This document shows, one piece after another, positions 58,931 through 64,000 of a DNA stretch of 64,000 nucleotides; position 1 is the first letter of the stretch; the number at the start of each line of letters is the position of its first letter. The translations under genes were made by a program, and so were the position numbers. Origin of the DNA: Acidobacteriota bacterium (GTDB taxonomy: Bacteria > Acidobacteriota > UBA890 > WLXD01); contig CBDBHB010000009.1 in assembly GCA_965205505.1 (NCBI GenBank), forward strand, positions 1,984,001 through 2,048,000, read 5' to 3'. Under the pieces are notes generated by a model. It was not told the origin of the DNA and ran no database searches. It saw only the letters and a list, made by a program, of their open reading frames with translations.

Positions 58931-60100
58931 ATGCAGGAACGCACAGGTATCGCCACGCCGATCGGCCGGTCGAAGCCCTTGGACCGAGGCGGGCGTTGCT
59001 GCGGCCGTGATCAGGCGCGGGGCAACGAGTTGATCCTGGGACTGCCTTCGGGAACAGTTTCGTTGCACCGCGCGCACGACGAGTGGGCGCGCGCGTTCGA
59101 ACACGAGGCACAGCGCATCGAGTCGGCGATCGGTCCGTACATCCTCGATGTCCGCCACATCGGGAGTACGGCGATCAAGGGCGTGCCCGCCAAGCCCATT
59201 CTCGACCGCCTACGCTACGTGATGGAGGCCCACGTGATGCCGACGCTGGGCGAGGTGCCCGTGGACCGGCTGACGGCGAACCGCATCCGGCGGTGGCATG
59301 AAGCCTTGGCCGATAAACCGGCCCACGTGCGGACCTCGAAGCACAGCCGGAAGCGCCAGGTACGCCACGCCAAGACCGCTGATGAGAAGCGCGCCCGCAA
59401 GGTCACCGCGAATCGGTCGCTGACGGCGCTGAAGGCGGCGCTACACCGGCGATGGCTCGGCAACCGCCGTGTGGTCGGGCCGTGGTCGGAGGTAGCGCCG
59501 TTCCGCGACGTGGACCGAAGCAGGGACCGCTACCTCGACACCGATGAAGCGCAGCGGCTCGTGAACGCGTGTGAGCCGGACTTTCGCGCCCTGGTGCAGG
59601 GAGCGGTCTACACGGGGCAGCGATATGGCGAGCTGGCGCGGCTGCGCGTCGCGGACGTGAACCTCGACGCCTGCGCCGTCGCGGTGCGCGAATCGAAGAG
59701 TGGAAAGCCGCGCTACGTGTTCCTGAACGACGAGGCGCTGGCGTTCTTCGAGGCGCAGGCTGCCGGCTGCGGTGGAGACGAGACGCTGTTCCGGCGAGCC
59801 GACGGCGAGCCCTGGGGCCATGGGCACCAACACAAGCGCATGAAGGCCGCCTGCGAGCGGGCCGGGATCGACCCACCCATCGGGTTCCACGGGTTTCGGC
59901 ACGGCTACGCCTCGTCCTATCTCATGAACGGTGGCGGTCTGCCGGACCTGGCAAAGCAGTTGGGGCACACGAGCACCCGGATGGTGGAAGAACACTACGG
60001 CCATCTCGCCGACGCCTGGCGCGCGGAGCGGGCGCGGCAGTTCGCGCCGACCCTAGGAGTGAAGCCGGGCAAGGTGCGGAGGATGCGAGGGCGCAGGTAA
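58931..60100 (+). CDS. Chimeric ORF: GrpB-family N-terminus fused at ~59206 to a tyrosine integrase lacking its N-terminus
   Basis: LGLPSGTV...HIGSTAIKGVPAKPILD is followed by an integrase body with TGQRYGE, HGFRH, LGH and HYGH. Confidence 0.85.
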   Translation: MQERTGIATPIGRSKPLDRGGRCCGRDQARGNELILGLPSGTVSLHRAHDEWARAFEHEAQRIESAIGPYILDVRHIGSTAIKGVPAKPILDRLRYVMEAHVMPTLGEVPVDRLTANRIRRWHEALADKPAHVRTSKHSRKRQVRHAKTADEKRARKVTANRSLTALKAALHRRWLGNRRVVGPWSEVAPFRDVDRSRDRYLDTDEAQRLVNACEPDFRALVQGAVYTGQRYGELARLRVADVNLDACAVAVRESKSGKPRYVFLNDEALAFFEAQAAGCGGDETLFRRADGEPWGHGHQHKRMKAACERAGIDPPIGFHGFRHGYASSYLMNGGGLPDLAKQLGHTSTRMVEEHYGHLADAWRAERARQFAPTLGVKPGKVRRMRGRR

Positions 60101-60109
60101 AACGGGGAT

Positions 60110-60898
60110 GTGACCATGCACAGATCGGCCACCGCCGCCGCCCGGCAGCGCAAGGTGCACAAGCTGGCGGACGATCTAGAGCGCGCGCTGCGGGCGCTCG
60201 AAGATGCCCACGAGCGCGGCGACGAGCGCGATGTTCTCGCCCGCTTCGAAGCCGTGATCGATGAGCTGGGCGCGGGTCTCGTGTGGGCGGCGATGCTCGC
60301 GGACATGCCGTGGCGACTGAGCGCTGCTCGCCGGGCCGCGCTAGCGATTTACGCACGCGACCAGCACCATGGCGTCGCCTGGATGGCGAAGCTAGACCTC
60401 GCACTCACTGCGCTAATCGAAGTGGTGGGCGCGTGGTCGGAACCGTGGCGGGGGCGGATCGGCTCCGGCCCCGGCAGCGGCAAGCCGAGGGACGAAGCAG
60501 GCGAGATCACGGAGATCATCCCTGTCGAGCAGCCGATCGAGGACCTGCTGGTATGGCTGCGGCAGGAAGCACTCGCGCGGGCAATTGCCGCCTTGGACAC
60601 CTACATCCCGCTCGCCGTCACCCGGGCCGTGCGAGAGTCCGACTGGCCCAAGGACCGCAGGCCCACCGTCGAGGATGACGAAATCGGGGCCGTCCGCCAG
60701 AACGAGGCCCTGGCCGCCGTCTACGAGGCCACCACGACTGTCCGGCAGCGCGAGGTGCTAGAGGCTATGGAGCGCCACGCCGAAGATGCCGACGACGGCA
60801 ACGAGATCCGATGCCGCGCCGCCGCCGACCTCGACATGTCCCGCGCCAATCTCCGCAACATCATCAAGCGCATCATCGACGGCCGCGAAAAGAAGTAG
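60110..60898 (+). CDS. Hypothetical phage-element protein with C-terminal HTH
   Basis: RQREVL...AAADLDMSRANLRNIIKRI resembles a sigma-region-4/LuxR-like HTH. Confidence 0.55.
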   Translation: MTMHRSATAAARQRKVHKLADDLERALRALEDAHERGDERDVLARFEAVIDELGAGLVWAAMLADMPWRLSAARRAALAIYARDQHHGVAWMAKLDLALTALIEVVGAWSEPWRGRIGSGPGSGKPRDEAGEITEIIPVEQPIEDLLVWLRQEALARAIAALDTYIPLAVTRAVRESDWPKDRRPTVEDDEIGAVRQNEALAAVYEATTTVRQREVLEAMERHAEDADDGNEIRCRAAADLDMSRANLRNIIKRIIDGREKK

Positions 60899-60991
60899 GC
60901 GGCGCCACGTTACGCCGCATCCTCGAATTCGCATAGGTACGCGTAGGCCGGACGACTACGCAACCCTATTGCGAGTGGAGGTGACGCGGCG

Positions 60992-61189
60992 ATGAAGCAG
61001 GTCGACCGAGTTTTCCTGAGCATCAACACAGGGCCAACGCCCCGCGACGCGGTGCCGGTGGTCGCCACCGAGGACCCGGCGATCGTCGATGCTGCGCTCT
61101 TGGCCGTCTGCCGGCGGCTCGGACGCGGGCTCGACGACCCGGACCCTGACCCGCCGCCCGGCGAGGAGGTGCGTCGTGGGCGCGTCTGA
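60992..61189 (+). CDS. Small hypothetical protein
   Basis: GGAGG RBS; overlaps the excisionase-like ORF. Confidence 0.5.
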   Translation: MKQVDRVFLSINTGPTPRDAVPVVATEDPAIVDAALLAVCRRLGRGLDDPDPDPPPGEEVRRGRV

Positions 61190-61379
61190 CGGACGTGCCG
61201 TCGGCCAGGTTGCTGTTGGGCTCCGCGACGGCGCGAAACTGCTCGGGCTGGGAACGAACGCGCTCTACACGGCGTTGCGCGAGGGTCACGGCCCGAGGAC
61301 TTTCCGCGTGGGTCGTCGCCACCTTGTGCGTGTCGCAGAGCTTGAGCGCTGGGCTCGCGAGCTGGAGGCACAGGGGTAG
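61176..61379 (+). CDS. Excisionase/AlpA-like HTH protein
   Basis: GAKLLGLGTNALY...GPRTFRVGRRHLVRVAELERW; GAGGAGG RBS. Confidence 0.75.
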   Translation: MGASDGRAVGQVAVGLRDGAKLLGLGTNALYTALREGHGPRTFRVGRRHLVRVAELERWARELEAQG

Positions 61380-61530
61380 CCCACCTGGACGGAACAACTC
61401 TTGGAGGGGTCCGACAGTTATCGCACCGAACCAAGTCTGTAGCTTCCGACGGAGGTCGCAATGCCGCGTAACAAGAATAACCCCGACCGGTGGGCCGCCG
61501 GCCGGGGCAATTTGTCTCCGCGAACTCGTG

Positions 61531-61881
61531 ATGCATTCGATCTCAACGTATCACAGCCGGTTCTACGCGGAGATGAAAGTGATGCCACAGGTAGCGAGGG
61601 AGGTAGCCCAGCGGGTCCGCAAGCTGGTGGAGGAGCACGGGTTCAGACAGCTGATGCTTGCGTTGAACCTGAACGCCATGGGCGACCCCGAGAGTCTGCG
61701 CAGGGCAGCCATACTCCTCGCCATGGTGAGAGCCCCAGAGATGAGCAGTTACGCGCAGACTTGGCCCACGCCGAGATGCGAATCCGGGGAGTCTCCTCCG
61801 GACCCCCGGACAGACTGGATACAGACCGGAACCAGACCGGAAACCGACCCGACTCCCGAAGGGAAACGGACTGGAGGGTGA
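61531..61881 (+). CDS. Hypothetical protein
   Basis: Protein-like ORF coupled by GTGA overlap to the next gene. Start uncertain. Confidence 0.4.
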   Translation: MHSISTYHSRFYAEMKVMPQVAREVAQRVRKLVEEHGFRQLMLALNLNAMGDPESLRRAAILLAMVRAPEMSSYAQTWPTPRCESGESPPDPRTDWIQTGTRPETDPTPEGKRTGG

Positions 61882-62669
61882 ATCTCGCTGCTGACGACTT
61901 GGGAGGGATTCTCGATCTTCACCGAGGCAACCTCGATGAAGTTGTTCTGGACGCCGTTAAGCGAAACGAACGCGAGCTGGCGCTTGTCGGGTCGGGGGAC
62001 CCGCTTGCAACTGACAGGCGTTACCAGAGTTCAGCTTGGAGGCTGGCCTCGGAGCTTCGGGGGCACCCGCTCTTTGCCGATCACGAGTCTTACGAAGCCG
62101 TGGCGAAGGTCGACGCAGTACTCGCGGGGCACGGCGGCTGGGACGCTGTCTCGCAGCACGACGTGATGGTATGCGGACACGAGGTGTCGCACCTGGAGAG
62201 CGACCCGAGGGAGGACTTCATCTCTTGCTGGTCTGAGATCAAGACTCCGTTGTCTCCCGCATATCACCCCGAGATAGCCCTGCCTCCTGCGAACGAGTTC
62301 CCCTTATCTTCCGATCGGTGGCAGGCCGACTCCGACGCGTGCTACCGCCTGGCGATTTCGATTTGCTACTGGTTCGCGCAGCTCTTGGGCAACGAGGGCC
62401 GGTTCTTCATGTCGTGCCGGATGCTGGCGGGTCTTGTCGGGAAGCCGCACACGACAGCAGCCTCGTATCTTCGCAGGGCTGTTGCAGAGGGGGCGCTTGA
62501 ATTGCGGCGAAAGGGCGTCCGTGGGAGGACCTCACGCTACAGGTTCAGATTCGCGGTCGTCGCCTTTGCTGACGAGTCCCCTGCCAGCGTCGAACATGAC
62601 GGTAGCGGTGCAGTACCACAGGACCAGCCCGTACCTGCCACGTCGGTGTCCGTTAGAGGGGTTGCGTAA
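61878..62669 (+). CDS. Putative replication-associated protein with C-terminal winged helix
   Basis: FFMSCRMLAGLVG...AASYLRRAVAEGAL...RYRF; GGAGG RBS. Confidence 0.5.
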   Translation: MNLAADDLGGILDLHRGNLDEVVLDAVKRNERELALVGSGDPLATDRRYQSSAWRLASELRGHPLFADHESYEAVAKVDAVLAGHGGWDAVSQHDVMVCGHEVSHLESDPREDFISCWSEIKTPLSPAYHPEIALPPANEFPLSSDRWQADSDACYRLAISICYWFAQLLGNEGRFFMSCRMLAGLVGKPHTTAASYLRRAVAEGALELRRKGVRGRTSRYRFRFAVVAFADESPASVEHDGSGAVPQDQPVPATSVSVRGVA

Positions 62670-62692
62670 AACTTTTACGATGGAGTGCGAAG

Positions 62693-62923
62693 ATGACGAT
62701 CAAGACGAAAATTATGGTGAAGGCGACGCGTGCCCAGGTAGCGGAGGAGAGCGAGGGGAGATGCGCCCTTGCTCACTCCGAGCACGGGCGGTGCGCTAGG
62801 AGTGTGAAGTCGGAGGATCACCACATCATCCGGCGGGGCGAGGGGGGTACCGACGAGCTTGAGAACCGCGTCCGGGTCTGCCCTGACCACCACCGGCAAA
62901 TCCATCAGCAGCAGGCACCCTGA
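62693..62923 (+). CDS. Small HNH endonuclease
   Basis: DHHIIRRGEGGTDELENRVRVCPDHHRQIH. Confidence 0.85.
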   Translation: MTIKTKIMVKATRAQVAEESEGRCALAHSEHGRCARSVKSEDHHIIRRGEGGTDELENRVRVCPDHHRQIHQQQAP

Positions 62924-62977
62924 CTATATCGTGTCCATTATTCTACCGGTGGGCGGCGGACCAAAGCTAAAGGCGCG

Positions 62978-63751
62978 ATGGGAGCCGAGGGGGTGTTTCT
63001 ATATGCCGAGGACATCCAAGCCCAGGGTGTCGACCACCTGGAGGCGGTCGTTGCGTCCGTCGGCCGGTCGAAGTTGTCGAAAGTGGTACAGGAGATCGCG
63101 TCGTCCGAGTATGACGTCTGGCGTCTGTGGCCTGACGTGAAGAAGGAGTGGACCGAGGAGGCGATCCGGCTTGACAAGGAGTTGACTAAACTTGTCGAGG
63201 CGGACCAGTCGCTGATGTGGGCGCTCGCGATGGTCGCGTTTGATCTCCAGAGACGGAACCTCTGGTCGCTGTTTGACTACGATTCTCTTGCCGACTACAC
63301 GCGCTCCAAGAAGCTGAAGCCGGCCACTCTGATTAGCTACGCGAGGGCCGAGAGGATCTTGCGGGAAGTCGTACCGGAGGACCGACGGGCTGAAGCGCGC
63401 AATATCGGCGTCTCGGTCTGGCACCTGAAGGGAAAGGATATCCGACGCCTCGGGATGCCGATCGTGGAGACGATGCTCCAACTCTTGCAGCAAGGAGTCC
63501 CGGACACGTCCATCATCGCCATGATCGAGGAGCAGGTTCCGATCGGCGAGACCGCGACCGGCAAGCCACGGTACGAAGTGACGCTGAACCTGAAGTCGGT
63601 GCGCTTCGTCATCGGCGTTAACGCACACAACCGCGAGGCGGCTGAGGAGAAGGCGATGAAGCAGTTCCTCGCCTACAAAGCGCTGGAGCGCTACAAGATG
63701 ATCGATGACCCAGAGGCGGTGTTGAAGGGCTCGGCCGGGGACGACACGTAG
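62978..63751 (+). CDS. Hypothetical phage-element protein
   Basis: 257-aa ORF co-oriented with the module; no family recognised. Confidence 0.6.
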   Translation: MGAEGVFLYAEDIQAQGVDHLEAVVASVGRSKLSKVVQEIASSEYDVWRLWPDVKKEWTEEAIRLDKELTKLVEADQSLMWALAMVAFDLQRRNLWSLFDYDSLADYTRSKKLKPATLISYARAERILREVVPEDRRAEARNIGVSVWHLKGKDIRRLGMPIVETMLQLLQQGVPDTSIIAMIEEQVPIGETATGKPRYEVTLNLKSVRFVIGVNAHNREAAEEKAMKQFLAYKALERYKMIDDPEAVLKGSAGDDT

Positions 63752-64000
63752 GTGGTCGGGGAGGGGTTGTTCGGCACGGCGTCGGTCGCGGGCGAGGGGG
63801 CGGCTGACGAGCCGACGCTCGGCGACCTGGGCGCGAAGGTGGACCGCCTGCAGGTTGAGATGAAGGAGGCGATGAAGATCCTCCACCGCATTGACCGGCG
63901 TGGGGCGGTGACGAGGCAGAAGAGGATGCAGATGCCCTCGGGCTGGAAGGCGAGGTACGACTACGTGGACGAGTGGAACGCGGCGGCGGCCGCGTCCTTG
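63752..64000 (+). CDS. Hypothetical protein, runs off the window end
   Basis: Open frame from GTG 63752 to the end of the window. Confidence 0.45.
   Translation, partial: MVGEGLFGTASVAGEGAADEPTLGDLGAKVDRLQVEMKEAMKILHRIDRRGAVTRQKRMQMPSGWKARYDYVDEWNAAAAASL

Overview
GC-rich bacterial DNA, probably Acidobacteriota (inferred from an Acidobacterial-type VWA protein, typical Ser/Thr kinase fragments and many secreted hydrolases). About 1-58 kb is a patchwork of short, unrelated accessory modules. These cover amine/guanidino catabolism (SpdH-like, agmatinase, amidinotransferase-fold protein, ArgE-type deacylase, BCCT and YjiH transporters), secreted peptidases and amidohydrolases, metA-metY, katG and a UGA-containing (UxxC) thioredoxin-fold selenoprotein candidate. 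Gene stubs, two IS3-family elements and a 280-bp palindromic MITE-like element are interspersed. About 59-64 kb is the start of a phage/satellite-like element whose tyrosine integrase is fused in frame to a GrpB N-terminus. The most unusual signal is a pair of recurring junction motifs between modules. Motif A (about 9 co-oriented copies) reads on the minus strand as a TTGGAT-N17/18-TAGGCT promoter, mostly pointing into the neighbouring cargo gene. Motif B (GTAGCCCCAA, about 6 copies) resembles the reverse complement of a tRNA 3' end and is followed by recombinase-like peptide tails. Together they suggest an integron-like or tandem-accretion gene-capture region; this is a hypothesis. All assignments come from reading motifs by eye with no database searches, and some frameshifts may be sequencing errors.
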